The notes beneath the pieces are model-generated. The model was not told the origin of the DNA, made no database searches, and worked only from the letters and a program-made list of their open reading frames with translations. This document shows positions 1 through 11,249 of a stretch of DNA of 52,942 nt, piece after piece. The stretch comes from a virus (Duplodnaviria > Heunggongvirae > Uroviricota > Caudoviricetes): IMG/VR virus record IMGVR_UViG_2563366966_000001; one strand, 5' to 3'. Positions within the stretch are counted from its first letter, which is position 1, and the number at the start of each line of letters is the position of its first letter. The translations under genes were made by a program, and so were the position numbers.

Positions 1-1284
1 TTACAGACTTCTGGAAGGTTGCGCAGCTCTTACAACACGCGGTTGATCTTCCGCAGCGTCTTCCAGCGCACTTAAATCACGGTCTTTCACCTCTGGCATT
101 TTCAGCGCAGAGATTAAACCAATCACTGAATATGCCATGATCATAATGGCGATCGGATACCAGGATTCCGTCATGGTGCAGAAAATACCCGCCAGGATAG
201 GACCAAAACCGGAAGCGATAAGACCACCAATTTCTTTAGAAATAGCCATCCGGGTAAAGCGGTTTTTACAGCCGAACATTTCTGCCATGGTAATGTTTTC
301 CAGAGCAAATAATCCCAGCACCGCACAGTTATGAATCACAATCAGTGCAACCATAATGGTGCTCGGGGCATAGCTTTTATCTACAATGATAGAAAGCATT
401 GGCCATGCCAGCACAATCGCGGAGGTATTCATAATAATATACGGGATCCGGCGACCAATTTTATCGGATAACCAACCAAGGAACGGAATGGTCATAAAGC
501 CGAGAATCGAACTGATCATCAATGCATCTGTTGGAATTGCTTTGTTAAACAATAACGTCTGCACTAAATAGCCTGCAAGGAAAGTCTGAATTAACCCGGA
601 GTTACCCGCCTGACCAAAACGCAGCCCTGTTGCCAGCCAGAAGGATTTGCTCTGGAACATGCTACCAGCAGGTGCAGGTTTTGCTGTCGGTTGGTTACTG
701 TCGTTAACCTTCTCAAAGACCGGGCTTTCTTTCAGATTCATACGCAACCAGATAGCAAAGACCATCACGACAACACTCGCCAGGAACGGTATACGCCATC
801 CCCACGCCAGCAGTTCCTCTTTACTGAGAATGAAGAACATAAAGGCCCAGATTGCCGTTGCGCTCAAGGTTCCGCAGTTAGTTCCCATAGCCACAAATGA
901 GGAGATAATTCCGCGCTTACCTTTTGGCGCATATTCCGCCAGCATCGTACCGGCACCGGAAATTTCCGCACCTGCACCCAACCCCTGAATAATACGCAAC
1001 GTCACCAGCAAGATGGGTGCAAAAACACCAATCTGTGCATAGGTCGGTAACACACCAATTAAGGTGGTACAGATCCCCATCATGGTGATGGTAATAAAGA
1101 GCACTTTTTTACGCCCTATTCTGTCGCCCATTTTGCCGAAAATAAATGCTCCGACAATACGCGCCACATAACCTGCACCGTAGGTTCCCATTGCCAGAAT
1201 TAACGCCATTGCCGTTGATGATTCAGGAAAAAATATTTCATGAAACACTAACGCTGCGCCGAGCGAATATAACTGGAAATCCAT
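1..1284 (-). CDS. ydfJ: MFS-family metabolite transporter (YdfJ-like); N-terminus apparently replaced at the prophage junction
   Basis: 427-aa ORF with multiple hydrophobic helices and the MFS loop motif G-D-R-I-G-R-K-K after TM2; from memory of ShiA/ProP-type homologs about 30 N-terminal residues are missing, and an in-frame stop lies 2 codons upstream of the ATG. Confidence 0.85.
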   Translation of the reverse strand: MDFQLYSLGAALVFHEIFFPESSTAMALILAMGTYGAGYVARIVGAFIFGKMGDRIGRKKVLFITITMMGICTTLIGVLPTYAQIGVFAPILLVTLRIIQGLGAGAEISGAGTMLAEYAPKGKRGIISSFVAMGTNCGTLSATAIWAFMFFILSKEELLAWGWRIPFLASVVVMVFAIWLRMNLKESPVFEKVNDSNQPTAKPAPAGSMFQSKSFWLATGLRFGQAGNSGLIQTFLAGYLVQTLLFNKAIPTDALMISSILGFMTIPFLGWLSDKIGRRIPYIIMNTSAIVLAWPMLSIIVDKSYAPSTIMVALIVIHNCAVLGLFALENITMAEMFGCKNRFTRMAISKEIGGLIASGFGPILAGIFCTMTESWYPIAIMIMAYSVIGLISALKMPEVKDRDLSALEDAAEDQPRVVRAAQPSRSL

Positions 1285-1888
1285 AATTCACAGGTGTTTT
1301 TTCCCATCCTGTGGTTTCCTTGGCGTTTTCTAGGTTTTTTCAGATAGTTGCATTTTTTTAAAAAGCATCCTAAGTTCGATCTCAGTGTCTATCTGGGGCC
1401 TATTTCTGTCCCATATATGCCCCAAAAAAACTCCCCAACAGATAAGTAGTTTTTTCATGGATTTATGCGTAAAATCAAGAACGGCTGGAAATCATTCAAT
1501 ACTCACACTATCGAAAAATTTACCAGCCAATCGCAGCACGTTCTTGCATAAGGCGTGTCTGCGGTTTTTCAACTATTCAGATACATCACTCCCATCACAT
1601 TCATTCCTCCGCATCAAAGGCATATAGGCTATATCACCTTGATATTTTTCTTTTTCAGATAAAAACTGTTATCTATGTATACTTTTAAACCCAATCCGTG
1701 TAGAGTCTCTGCATAAGATAGTTTGCAGTTGCCGCTTCAGCTTGCGCCATAAACCGCCTGATTTTTGCTGCCACCTGTTAGCATTCCTGTATACCTGAAA
1801 CGACAATGTTTATCTACGAACTTTAAGAACACCCAAGATAAAAATTGTCAACTATATCATATATAACACATTACTAATTCGAGGCTAT

Positions 1889-2002
1889 ATGAACAGCATA
1901 CTGATAATCACATCTCTCCTTATCATATTCAGCATTTTTAGTCATGCCCTAATAAAATTAGGGATTGGCATATCCAATAACCCAGACAAAACCGATGTAT
2001 AA
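1889..2002 (+). CDS. Candidate small hydrophobic protein (37 aa, one predicted TM helix)
   Basis: ATG at 1889 preceded by GAGG 5 nt upstream; translation [37 protein letters not shown]; not in ORF track because under 60 aa. Confidence 0.35.
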
Positions 2003-2070
2003 GTCAACATATCCTGAATCAGACATACAATATCGCAATGAAAATCAATAATATTTTAAGGAATATCTTC

Positions 2071-2304
2071 ATGAAATCAAAAGACACCCTAAAGTGGTTC
2101 CCTGCGCAGCTTCCTGAAGTAAGAATTATCCTAGGGGATGCTGTAGTGGAAGTAGCAAAACAGGGAAGACCTATCAATACCAGAACATTGCTTGATTACA
2201 TTGAAGGAAACATAAAGAAAAAATCATGGCTGGATAACAAAGAATTATTACAAACAGCGATATCAGTTCTTAAAGACAACCAAAATTTAAATGGTAAAAT
2301 GTAA
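2071..2304 (+). CDS. ydfK: Cold-shock-associated prophage protein YdfK
   Basis: ORF track 2038..2304; internal ATG at 2071 with AAGGA upstream gives the 77-aa form matching my memory of K-12 YdfK. Confidence 0.8.
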   Translation: MKSKDTLKWFPAQLPEVRIILGDAVVEVAKQGRPINTRTLLDYIEGNIKKKSWLDNKELLQTAISVLKDNQNLNGKM

Positions 2305-2469
2305 TATAATAAACTTACTTTTTTATCATTTTTCCACTTTAACAACATTTTGCTCCACTTTTCCACGACCAAACAACTTGAAATCTGGTTAAAATAACAC
2401 GCAACACTATTCTTCTTCCTTGAGTCCGCCCGGAACTCGAAAAACAAACCGAGTTAAAGCCATTTTTCA

Positions 2470-2483
2470 CAAAATCGATTTTG
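2470..2483. promoter_or_regulatory. Perfect 14-bp palindrome CAAAATCGATTTTG upstream of pin (candidate operator or recombinase site)
   Basis: Exact dyad symmetry read from sequence, about 140 bp upstream of the pin start codon. Confidence 0.3.
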
Positions 2484-2620
2484 GGTCTCACCAAAATTAC
2501 GGGGTTGCATACGCATTCGTTTATTTTCGAACGTGTACATACAAATATGCACAAAAATAATCATAATTATTTTCTGAGATGCATTATGATATGAACACCA
2601 ATTTCGTATAGAGTCTCACT

Positions 2621-3211
2621 ATGTCTCAAATTTTTGCTTACTGTCGGATATCAACGCTGGATCAGACCACCGAAAATCAACGCCGGGAAATCGAAAGTGC
2701 AGGTTTTAAAATCAAACCTCAGCAAATAATCGAAGAACACATTAGCGGCTCAGCAGCAACCAGTGAGCGTCCTGGTTTTAACCGGTTGCTTGCTCGCCTG
2801 AAATGTGGTGATCAATTGATTGTGACAAAACTGGATCGCCTTGGTTGTAATGCAATGGATATCAGGAAAACAGTGGAACAACTGACCGAAACAGGTATCA
2901 GAGTGCATTGCTTAGCATTGGGGGGCATTGACCTGACCAGTCCAACAGGAAAAATGATGATGCAAGTAATTTCAGCAGTCGCTGAATTTGAACGAGACCT
3001 TTTACTTGAACGCACTCATTCCGGGATAGTAAGAGCCCGCGGCGCAGGGAAACGTTTTGGTCGACCACCTGTGTTAAATGAAGAACAGAAACAGGCGGTA
3101 TTCGAACGAATTAAGTCAGGTGTAAGTATAAGTGCCATTGCCCGGGAATTCAAAACCTCGCGGCAAACCATTTTAAGAGCCAAAGCAAAACTTCAGACAC
3201 CTGACATATAA
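2621..3211 (+). CDS. pin: Serine recombinase, Pin/Gin/Hin-type DNA invertase
   Basis: 196-aa ORF; N-terminal resolvase catalytic motif (YCRISTLDQ) and C-terminal HTH; matches Pin-family invertases from memory. Confidence 0.9.
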   Translation: MSQIFAYCRISTLDQTTENQRREIESAGFKIKPQQIIEEHISGSAATSERPGFNRLLARLKCGDQLIVTKLDRLGCNAMDIRKTVEQLTETGIRVHCLALGGIDLTSPTGKMMMQVISAVAEFERDLLLERTHSGIVRARGAGKRFGRPPVLNEEQKQAVFERIKSGVSISAIAREFKTSRQTILRAKAKLQTPDI

Positions 3212-3308
3212 AAAATAATCTCGGTGTGAGATGCTTTACGTCTTCCAAGCCCCCTTCCTTGCCGTAAATGGAAAGATACATCTAATTATAGAATTTATAT
3301 GTTTTACC

Positions 3309-3884
3309 CTACGGCAGTGCTGGCCATTCAATATCCTGTGCAGTTGACGTATCAACACGGTTCAGCAATACCCGATACTTTTTCCATGCTTCCAGCAACG
3401 AGATTTCTTCCTCCGTTGCAATTTCCAGATCTGCAGCATCCTGAAGCGGCGCAATATGCTCACTGGCTACCTGCATCAGGTTGTTTTTTGTTTCTTCCGC
3501 CTCCCGGATCCGGAACAGTTTTTCTGCTTCCGTATCCTTCACCCAGGCTGTGCCGTTCCACTTCTGAAACTCCCCTTCCGGCGATAACCAGGTAACATTT
3601 TCCGGTAACGGACCGAGTTCAGAAATAAATAACGCGTCGCCGGAAGCCACGTCATAAACCGTTTTACCCCGATGATCTTCAACGAGATGCCACGATGACT
3701 CATCACTGTTGAAAACAGCCACGAAGCCAGCCGGAATATCTGGCGGTGCAATATCGGTACTGTTTGCTGGCAGACCTGTATGAGGCGGAATATATGCATC
3801 ACCTTCACCAATAAATTCATTAGTTCCGGCCAGCAGATTATAAATTTTTATGGTCCGTGGTTGTTCACTCATTCTGAATGCCAT
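3309..3884 (-). CDS. tfa: Tail fiber assembly protein Tfa
   Basis: 191-aa ORF highly similar to lambda Tfa as recalled; immediately downstream of stf. Confidence 0.9.
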
Positions 3885-6800
3885 TATGCAAGCCTCACAA
3901 TATAGTTAAATGCGATGTTTTTGACGGTGTTTTCCGCGTTACCAGCAGCGTTAACGGTGATGGTGTGTCCATGTGAACCAATCGCAACGGAGTGCGTATG
4001 AGCACCAATACCGACAGTATGTGCATGTGCGCCTGCGCTTGCAGCAGTGCCGGACAGCGAGTGGGTATGAGCACCATCTGATGATGTCTTCCCTGCATTA
4101 CGAGTCTGGCCACTACCGCTTGTTGTGCTCATAATCCCCGCGCTTAGATTTGAAATCGCGGTATAACCATTAGGGAAAATGCTCGTGTTCGTGCCACCAA
4201 ATGCACCGGAACTCTTGTGTTGGTGCGCACCGGCACTATTTGCGGTCCCGCTAATACTATGGGTATGCGCCCCGGTGTTATTCGTGGATTTGGTTCCGTA
4301 ATCAAACGACGATGTGGTTTTCGTCCCCAAATCCGTACTGGATGCGCTGGCGCTGTGGGTGTGCGATTTAATGCCGTCCTGTTCCTGAGATAATACGGCC
4401 CGACCACTGGCGGGCTTGCCCTTAATCGTCCAGCCACGCATATCAGGGATCACGCCTGACGGATAAGCAACTGCAAGTTTCGGGTATGCAGATTTGTCAA
4501 AAGTCTGCCCCTGCATCAGGGCATAACCAGACGGAACGGTATCTGATGGCCACGGGATTGGTGCACCGACTGGATAAAACTCTGCAGGAGGATGAGCCGA
4601 GGTGTAAAGCTGCGCCCACGGCGACCAGTTTGCGTCGGTCGTATCCCGTCGTGAACGAATAAATGCCGGAGCATGAGCACCGCTTGTACCACTCCAGCCG
4701 ATGAGTAACTCACCTTCGCCAACGGCTGTCATCCCTTTCAGGTGAATGATATTTCCATACGCTGTTGGATATCCGTTGTTATACACCTCGTATAACTCAA
4801 GACCTGCTGCCCCCTGCGTATTGTCTGTCAGCGCGGTTACCCGACCTTTTGAAGCCAGATTAACTGATGATACTGCTGTTCCACCTGACGGTAACGCCCC
4901 GATCTCTGATGCCGTTGGCTTATTTCTGGAGTTATAGTCCCTTCGCCAGCCAGGTGAATAATCTGTTCCGTGATTAATATAGGTAAACTGGGCGTTAGTT
5001 GTTCCACCACCAGTGGAGGTGGTCGGTGTGGTAATGCGGATCGTCATCGCTGACTTTATCCCCATTACTTCAATGACAGCTCCGGCGAGATGAATATTAC
5101 CGCAGTCAGTATCAGTAATGATTTTATTATTGCCATAAGACCAGGAACCCTTGCACATCCAGTATGGATGGTTAAATGCTCCCTGAGAATCCAGCCACTC
5201 GATAAACTGTGCAGTCGTCCAGTTTCCTGTTGTTGTGCTTACTGACCCACCGAAGGCACGGCAGGCACCAATATTTTTCGTAAAGGTATCTTTGCCAGGG
5301 ATATCCGCACCGTTCTGATCTTTCTGCAGACGTTTCTCAGCATTGTCATTGGCTGCTTTTACTGCCTTTGGTGTCGCGGCAAGCGTTTCAGACGTGCTGT
5401 TGGTCGCGCTGCTTAGCTGGATTATCCCTTTCTGTGCTGTCGTTGCATCCTGTGCGGTGTATTTCCCGTTAGCCAGGTCATACGCGGCCTTAACGGCTTT
5501 TGGTGTTGCCGCCAGTGACTCGGAAGTGCTGTTAGTCGCACTACTGAGCTGTACTATCCCCTTTTTCGTCGTGCTCGCATCCTCAAGCGCCACGGCGGAT
5601 GCAATATCCTCTGCCCGTTTTGCTGCTGTCTCGGCGCGCGTTGCTGCGGATTCTGCCGTACTTTTGCTCTGAGCTGCCGCCGTCGCACTGCCAGCAGCCT
5701 CTGTCGCCTTCGTGGATGCCGTCGTGGCGCTGCTCTTCGCTGCTGACGCTTGTCTGGTCGCCTCATCTTTTGAAGCAGACGCCGATGATGCCGATGACGC
5801 CGCCGAACTGGCTGACGATGCGGCAGCCGTTTTTGAGGATTCTGCGCTGGTTTCCGACGCTTTCGCGTTCGTTTCGGATGTCTTCGCTGCGGAAGCAGAC
5901 CTCGCTGCTGCGCTGGCCTGTTCAGTGGCTTCGCCAGCCTTCGTTGTGGCTGTTGAAGCAGACGATGCGGCGCTTTCTGCCGATTTTCCGGCGGCGGTGG
6001 CACTGGCTGAGGCCTGCCCGGCACTTGTTGACGCTGCACTGGCAGACGACGCAGCCGCTGTTTTTGAGCCTGCCGCAGCCGAGGCGCTCTGTCCCGCTGC
6101 CGTTTCAGAAGACCTGGCGTTCGTCTCTGACGTTTTTGCCGCCTTCGCGGAATTTCCTGCCGCTGTTGCCGAGGAAGCTGCGCTACTGGCGCTCGAGGAT
6201 GCGTTCGTTTCTGATGATTTTGCCGCCTCTTTTGAAGCCGACGCATCCCGGGCTGAGGTGGCAGCTTCTGACGCTTTCGTGGTCGCGGTGGATGCAGAAG
6301 TGGCTGCTGATTGTTGTGACGCTGCAGCATTCGTTTCTGACGTTTTCGCGGCACTGGCACTGGTAGCTGCCGCGCTTTTTGAGGACTCTGCAGCGGCAGC
6401 ACTTTTTGATGCTTCAGTGGCCTTTGTTGATGCCGTTCCTGCGCTGGAAGACGCTGACTGAGCCGACGAAGCGGCCTGTCCGGCTGACGTGCTGGCTGCG
6501 CGTGCTGAGCCTGCAGCATCAGTCGCATGGGTTGCCGCCTCACGGGCAGATGTGCCGGCATCGCCGGCTGACTTCTTCGCGGCTGCCGTGTTCTGTGCCA
6601 CCGCGGACGCGTTACGCGCCACCTCTTCCACCATCAGTTCAAAACGGCGCAGAGCCTCCGGACGGGCATCATCCTCCGTCATGGCACCGAGAAAATCATT
6701 CAGCGTACCGGGTCGGGAATCTTCATACACGGTGATGGTCCCGGCATGTGACGGCGGGAATCCTTCCACCAACAGAATAACGCTGTACTGACCGTACTCA

Positions 6801-6958
6801 ACGTCCATGCTGTAACGCCCGGCTTCATCCGGATTTTCTGAGGCCAGCGTGTTCACCACCACCGCGGTGCTGTTACGTTTTGCTTTCAGCTGGATTGTGC
6901 AGTTCTGTACCGGTTTTCCTGTGCCGTCTTTCAGTACACCTGAAATCTTTACTGCCAT
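3884..6958 (-). CDS. stf: Side tail fiber protein Stf (extended relative to lambda Stf)
   Basis: N-terminus [30 protein letters not shown] and C-terminus [31 protein letters not shown] match lambda Stf; ATG at 6958 chosen over the GTG that starts the track ORF. Confidence 0.9.
5330..6604. repeat. Coding repeats inside stf: Ala/Ser/Thr/Lys-rich low-complexity tract plus a roughly 130-bp tandem duplication (5366..5582)
   Basis: Protein repeat KGI(V/I)[11 protein letters not shown](S/T)[11 protein letters not shown] occurs twice 44 residues apart; DNA units at 5366..5450 and 5496..5582 are visibly similar; long antisense ORFs are generated by the low complexity. Confidence 0.6.
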
Positions 6959-6969
6959 ATTCACCCCAC

Positions 6970-6995
6970 AAAAAAGCCCGCCTGAACAGGCGGGC
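6970..6995 (-). terminator. Rho-independent terminator downstream of lom
   Basis: GC-rich hairpin GCCCGCCTG-AACA-GGCGGGC at 6976..6995 followed on the minus strand by a T-run. Confidence 0.6.
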
Positions 6996-7022
6996 TGTCA
7001 TAACACTGTGTTACCTGGCTAA

Positions 7023-7622
7023 TCAGAACTTATAACCGACACCCACGATGAAACCGTCAGTGCGCCAGTCGCCACTGCCGGAGCCTTCATAAGCAATATC
7101 AATGGCCACGGATTCGGTCGGGTTAAACTGCACGCCAGCTCCCCACGCCAGAGACGTGTTGCTGTGGCGACCGTCATCACTTCCGGTCAGCACGTCGTGC
7201 GTTTTCCCCTTGTTGTCAGTTACGCGGAGATAATCCCCGGAGAAAGTCGACACACGGCTGTAAGCCATACCCGCCATCGCATACGCGCTGAACCATTCAT
7301 TCACGCGCACAGACGGCCCCACCATCACGCTGAACCAGCGGTTACGCACGGAATCTTCATGCCAGCGGGTATCGCTGTAACGGGTAAGCTGGCGATTCTT
7401 GTCTCCTGCATAGCTGAATGACGTCACCAGCCCCAGTGTGTCCGTAAACTCATAACGGTATTTCACGTTAATCCCGTTAAGATCATCGCTGCCGGGAACG
7501 TTCGTCGAGGCATGAAGATACCCCGCGCTCAGCGTGGACTGATGTTCAGATGCCCATGCAGGCGCACCGGATACGGCCAGACAAATGGCTGCGGACAAAA
7601 TGGCGGCATAAAGTTTACGCAT
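7023..7622 (-). CDS. lom: Outer membrane protein Lom (Ail/Lom family)
   Basis: 199-aa ORF with signal peptide; matches lambda Lom from memory. Confidence 0.9.
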
Positions 7623-7646
7623 AATTACCTCTCGCTTTTCTGCAAT

Positions 7647-7670
7647 AAAAAAGGCACCATTTCTGGTGCC
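7647..7670 (-). terminator. Rho-independent terminator between J and lom
   Basis: Hairpin GGCACC-ATTTCT-GGTGCC at 7653..7670 followed on the minus strand by a T-run. Confidence 0.5.
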
Positions 7671-7691
7671 CTTATATGGGTTATAACAATT

Positions 7692-10600
7692 TCAACGAAT
7701 ACTGATGCCGGAAGCGGCTTTTTTGGTCACAATCACCGTACAGTCGGTGATATTGCCTGCCCCCTGATTGCCTTTCTGGAAAATCTTAAACTCCAGAGTG
7801 ACGCTACCACCACCACTAGGCATATCAATAACTGCACTGTAACTACCGGGAATGGCCCCTTTAGTTTCTCTGGATGCGATTAATACGCCGTTTTTGCGAA
7901 CTTCAAAACCATAACCCGTGTATCGCGTGCCTCCTGGGTTATTTCCGCTCCCCGGATCGTCATACGCTATACCGTTAAAAATAATGGGCGGAATAATAAT
8001 CTGGCGGTCAAAGTTATGATCATCGCTGATGGTGACTGTAACCGTACCGTTTGGTGTTTCCGTGTTACCCCACGTACCGACTTTTTTCGGGAAGGCTTTT
8101 GATACAGCTTTAACGAAATCCCCTCTGACCTGGGTCGCCTCCAGCATGCCCTTAATCGTACAGTTCTGGTTAATCGTGACATTGTTGAGCGTTCCTGAGT
8201 TCGCATTCACACTACCACTGATATCCGCATTTTTAGCGGTCAGCTTTCCGTCTGATGTCAGGGAAAATACCGGAGGACTGCCACCGCTGGTAATGGTGGG
8301 GGCCGTCAGGCGTTTCAGGAACACTTCATTCATGAATATCTGATCGCCCTGACCAACAAACATCGGCTTTGTGTTGCCATTCGCAGGATTAATCATCGCA
8401 ATCCTGTCTGCTGCCAGCAGCACCTGACTCTGCATGCCGTCAGGGGTGTTCTCAATACCGGCACCGATACCCGCAATATAAAGGCGTCCGTCCTGCATCT
8501 GCTGCAGCTTCACTGCCCACATGCTGTTCAGGTTATTATTTGTATCAACCTGAACCTTCTGTATCTGCTGGATTGCCGCACTCTGGTCTTCCAGTTTCTT
8601 ATTGACGGTCTGTGTTATTTCATTGCTGACATCCGTTATGGACGTCCTGATTTCAGTCAGGTCAGGCGCAAGCTGACCGTTATCAATCTGCGTCCACAGC
8701 TCCTGAGCCAGATGGGTTTTCCCTATCTCGCCTTTGAAAAAATCCAGATAGCCTGATGCATCATCACTCGGCTGACCGACAGCCTCCACGAATGCCGATT
8801 TGCCAACGGTGTTCACACTGCGAACGTAAAAATAATAATCATGGCCCGGTTTGATATTGATACTGGCGGCTATCCAGTACAGTGCCGTACCAAGATAACG
8901 CGCGCTGGTTTCAACCTGCCTGATATCCGCAATCCGTTTTTCCGAGAACCAGAACTCAAACTGTACCGTCGGGTCATAAACCGCAAGATGCGGCGTGGCG
9001 GTTATCTGAAAATAGCCCGGCGTCAGCTCAATCCGCGACGGCGCTGCCGGTGCGGCAATCCGGAACGATACCGACGCCGGATCGCCCTGCTGCCCCCACG
9101 CATTTACTGCCCGGACTGTCAGCCTGTAGTTCCCCAGAGCCAGTTGTGTGAAGCGGTAAGTGGTTTCCGTCGTCCGGGCCGTGCTGACCAGCCGCTCACG
9201 GCCGTCATCCGCTGCCACGGTCAGGCGAAGCAGGAAGCTCACGCCCTTCACCACCTTCGGCGTGTCCCAGCGCGCCAGCACCTGGTATTCCCCGCTGTCT
9301 GCGGTGACTTCTGCGGTCAGGTGCTGCACCGCTGGCGGCGTGACACCATTTACCGTGCCGCTCTGGTCGCCGTCAAAGTGCGCCCCGTTATCCACGATGG
9401 CCTCTTTTTCCGGTACATGCTGCACGGCGGTGATGGCATACGTGCCGTCGTCGTTCTCACGGATACTCACGCAGCGGAACAGGCGCTGGCGCAACGTCGA
9501 CAGCTTCAGCCCCCATACGCTGTATTCAGCAACGCCGTCAGGAACACGGCTCACTTTCACCTTCACGCCGTCGGTGACGGACTGAACCTCCACGCTGACC
9601 GGACTCCCCTGCCCGTCAACCAGGCTTATCAGCGTGGTGCCGGAAGATGGCAGCGTGATTTCACGGTCGAGCGTCAGCGTCCGGGTCTGGCTGTTTACCG
9701 CCAGCACGCGCCCGCCGGTGCGGATACCGGCATAGTCATCATCGCAGATTTCAATGACATCGCCCGGTACATGGCGAAGCCCTTCGGCACCCACGCTGAA
9801 GTCCACGGTCTGCGTTTCCAGCAGTTCTGTTTTAATCAGCCACAGCCCGGCGCGGTGTGCCTGCCCCCGGCTGGTACAGCCAAAAGCATCCATCTTCGTG
9901 ACGTTACGACCGTAACGGGCAATGGCCTGCGTGTCCTCCACAAGCTCTGTCGCCGTCTCCCAGCCGTTATTCGGGTCAATCCAGTTCACCTCAACGGCAT
10001 TATGGCGGTCCTTCAGGGCGCTGAAGCTGTAGCGGAACGGCGCACCATCATCCGGCATCACCACATTACTGCGGTTATAGGTCCACACCTTATCCGACGG
10101 TCGGTCCTGCACGAACGTCAGCGTCTGCCCGTTCCATACCGGCATACAGCGCATCGCAGAGCAGAAATCACTGAGCACATCCCACGCCTTGCGCTGTGTG
10201 GTCAGGTACGCATTACAGGTGATGCGCGGCTCTGTGCCGCCAAAACCGTCCGGCACCGACTGATCGCAATGCTGGCCGATGACATACAGCGCCCATTTGT
10301 CCACATCCGCCGCACCAAGACGTTTCCCCATGCCGTAGCGCGGATGGGTCAGCATATCCCACAGACACCAGGCCATGTTGTTGCTGTATGCTGGCTTAAA
10401 CGTTCCGTCCCAGATACCGCTGTATTGCCGCGTCTGCGGGTTATAGTTCGACGGCACCTGCAGAATGCGCCCGCGCAGATGATAATTACGGCTCACCTGC
10501 TGGCTGCCGAACTGCTCCGAATCCACCTGCACGCCGACCAGTGCCGTGTTCGGGTAGCACTGTTTCACATCGATGATTTCGGTGTATGACGACCAGAGCG

Positions 10601-11189
10601 TTTTGTTCTGCAGCTGGTCTGTGGTGCTGTCCGGCGTCATCCTGCGCATCCGTATATTGAACGGGCGCGGCGGCAGGTTACCCACCACCACCGAGGCCAG
10701 ATACTGCGAGGTGGTTTTGCCCTTAATGGTGATGTCTTTTTCCGTCACCCAGCCACCATTACGCTGGATCTGAACCAGCAGGCGGACTTCCGACGGATTC
10801 CGGTCCCCCTTTGAGGTGGTTTCCACCAGTGCCTGCACGCCGAAGGTAAAGCGCAGACGGTCGATGTTTGCAGACGTAATGGTGCGGGTGATCGGCGTGT
10901 CATATTTCACTTCCGTACCCAGCACCGTCTCGGAGCCGGAGGATTCAAACCCCTCCGGCGGTGTCTGCTCCTGCTCACCGGCACGGAACACCACCGTGAC
11001 ACCGGAGATGTTGGTATTCCCCTCAGTGTCCAGCACCGGCGTACTGTTCAGCAGCACGCTTTTTAATCCATCCACCGGACCTTCAACCGGCCCTTCGCTG
11101 ATGGCATCGATCACACTCAGCAGCTGCGTGGACTTCAGGTTGTCCTTCGCTTCGCGCGGGGTATGCCCCTTACTGCTGCCTTTACCCAT
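7692..11189 (-). CDS. J: Tail tip host-specificity protein J (central fiber); C-terminal receptor-binding region diverges from lambda J
   Basis: 1165-aa ORF; first roughly 800 residues near-identical to lambda J as recalled, last roughly 170 residues (about 7692..8190) differ. Confidence 0.95.
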   Translation of the reverse strand: MGKGSSKGHTPREAKDNLKSTQLLSVIDAISEGPVEGPVDGLKSVLLNSTPVLDTEGNTNISGVTVVFRAGEQEQTPPEGFESSGSETVLGTEVKYDTPITRTITSANIDRLRFTFGVQALVETTSKGDRNPSEVRLLVQIQRNGGWVTEKDITIKGKTTSQYLASVVVGNLPPRPFNIRMRRMTPDSTTDQLQNKTLWSSYTEIIDVKQCYPNTALVGVQVDSEQFGSQQVSRNYHLRGRILQVPSNYNPQTRQYSGIWDGTFKPAYSNNMAWCLWDMLTHPRYGMGKRLGAADVDKWALYVIGQHCDQSVPDGFGGTEPRITCNAYLTTQRKAWDVLSDFCSAMRCMPVWNGQTLTFVQDRPSDKVWTYNRSNVVMPDDGAPFRYSFSALKDRHNAVEVNWIDPNNGWETATELVEDTQAIARYGRNVTKMDAFGCTSRGQAHRAGLWLIKTELLETQTVDFSVGAEGLRHVPGDVIEICDDDYAGIRTGGRVLAVNSQTRTLTLDREITLPSSGTTLISLVDGQGSPVSVEVQSVTDGVKVKVSRVPDGVAEYSVWGLKLSTLRQRLFRCVSIRENDDGTYAITAVQHVPEKEAIVDNGAHFDGDQSGTVNGVTPPAVQHLTAEVTADSGEYQVLARWDTPKVVKGVSFLLRLTVAADDGRERLVSTARTTETTYRFTQLALGNYRLTVRAVNAWGQQGDPASVSFRIAAPAAPSRIELTPGYFQITATPHLAVYDPTVQFEFWFSEKRIADIRQVETSARYLGTALYWIAASINIKPGHDYYFYVRSVNTVGKSAFVEAVGQPSDDASGYLDFFKGEIGKTHLAQELWTQIDNGQLAPDLTEIRTSITDVSNEITQTVNKKLEDQSAAIQQIQKVQVDTNNNLNSMWAVKLQQMQDGRLYIAGIGAGIENTPDGMQSQVLLAADRIAMINPANGNTKPMFVGQGDQIFMNEVFLKRLTAPTITSGGSPPVFSLTSDGKLTAKNADISGSVNANSGTLNNVTINQNCTIKGMLEATQVRGDFVKAVSKAFPKKVGTWGNTETPNGTVTVTISDDHNFDRQIIIPPIIFNGIAYDDPGSGNNPGGTRYTGYGFEVRKNGVLIASRETKGAIPGSYSAVIDMPSGGGSVTLEFKIFQKGNQGAGNITDCTVIVTKKAASGISIR

Positions 11190-11249
11190 TCCTCACGCTC
11201 CATAAATGACAAAACCGCCCGCAGGCGGTTTCACATAAAACATTTTGCA

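Noticed and set aside
3299-3595. 98-aa plus-strand ORF between pin and tfa as a possible alternate tail-fiber assembly gene for an invertible segment
   Set aside because: It is antisense to tfa, Pro-rich, and shows no similarity to Tfa proteins; no evidence for a second fiber cassette.
5343-6791. Several long plus-strand ORFs (up to 255 aa) and a 335-aa minus-strand ORF overlapping stf
   Set aside because: They lie in the Ala/Ser/Thr-rich repetitive part of stf, where low-complexity sequence yields stop-free frames; the compositions (poly-Ala/Asp or Arg/Pro/Gln-rich) are not protein-like and stf itself is clearly the gene.
8841-10589. 582-aa plus-strand ORF antisense to J
   Set aside because: Arg/His/Pro-rich translation typical of a GC-rich antisense frame; fully contained in the well-supported J gene.
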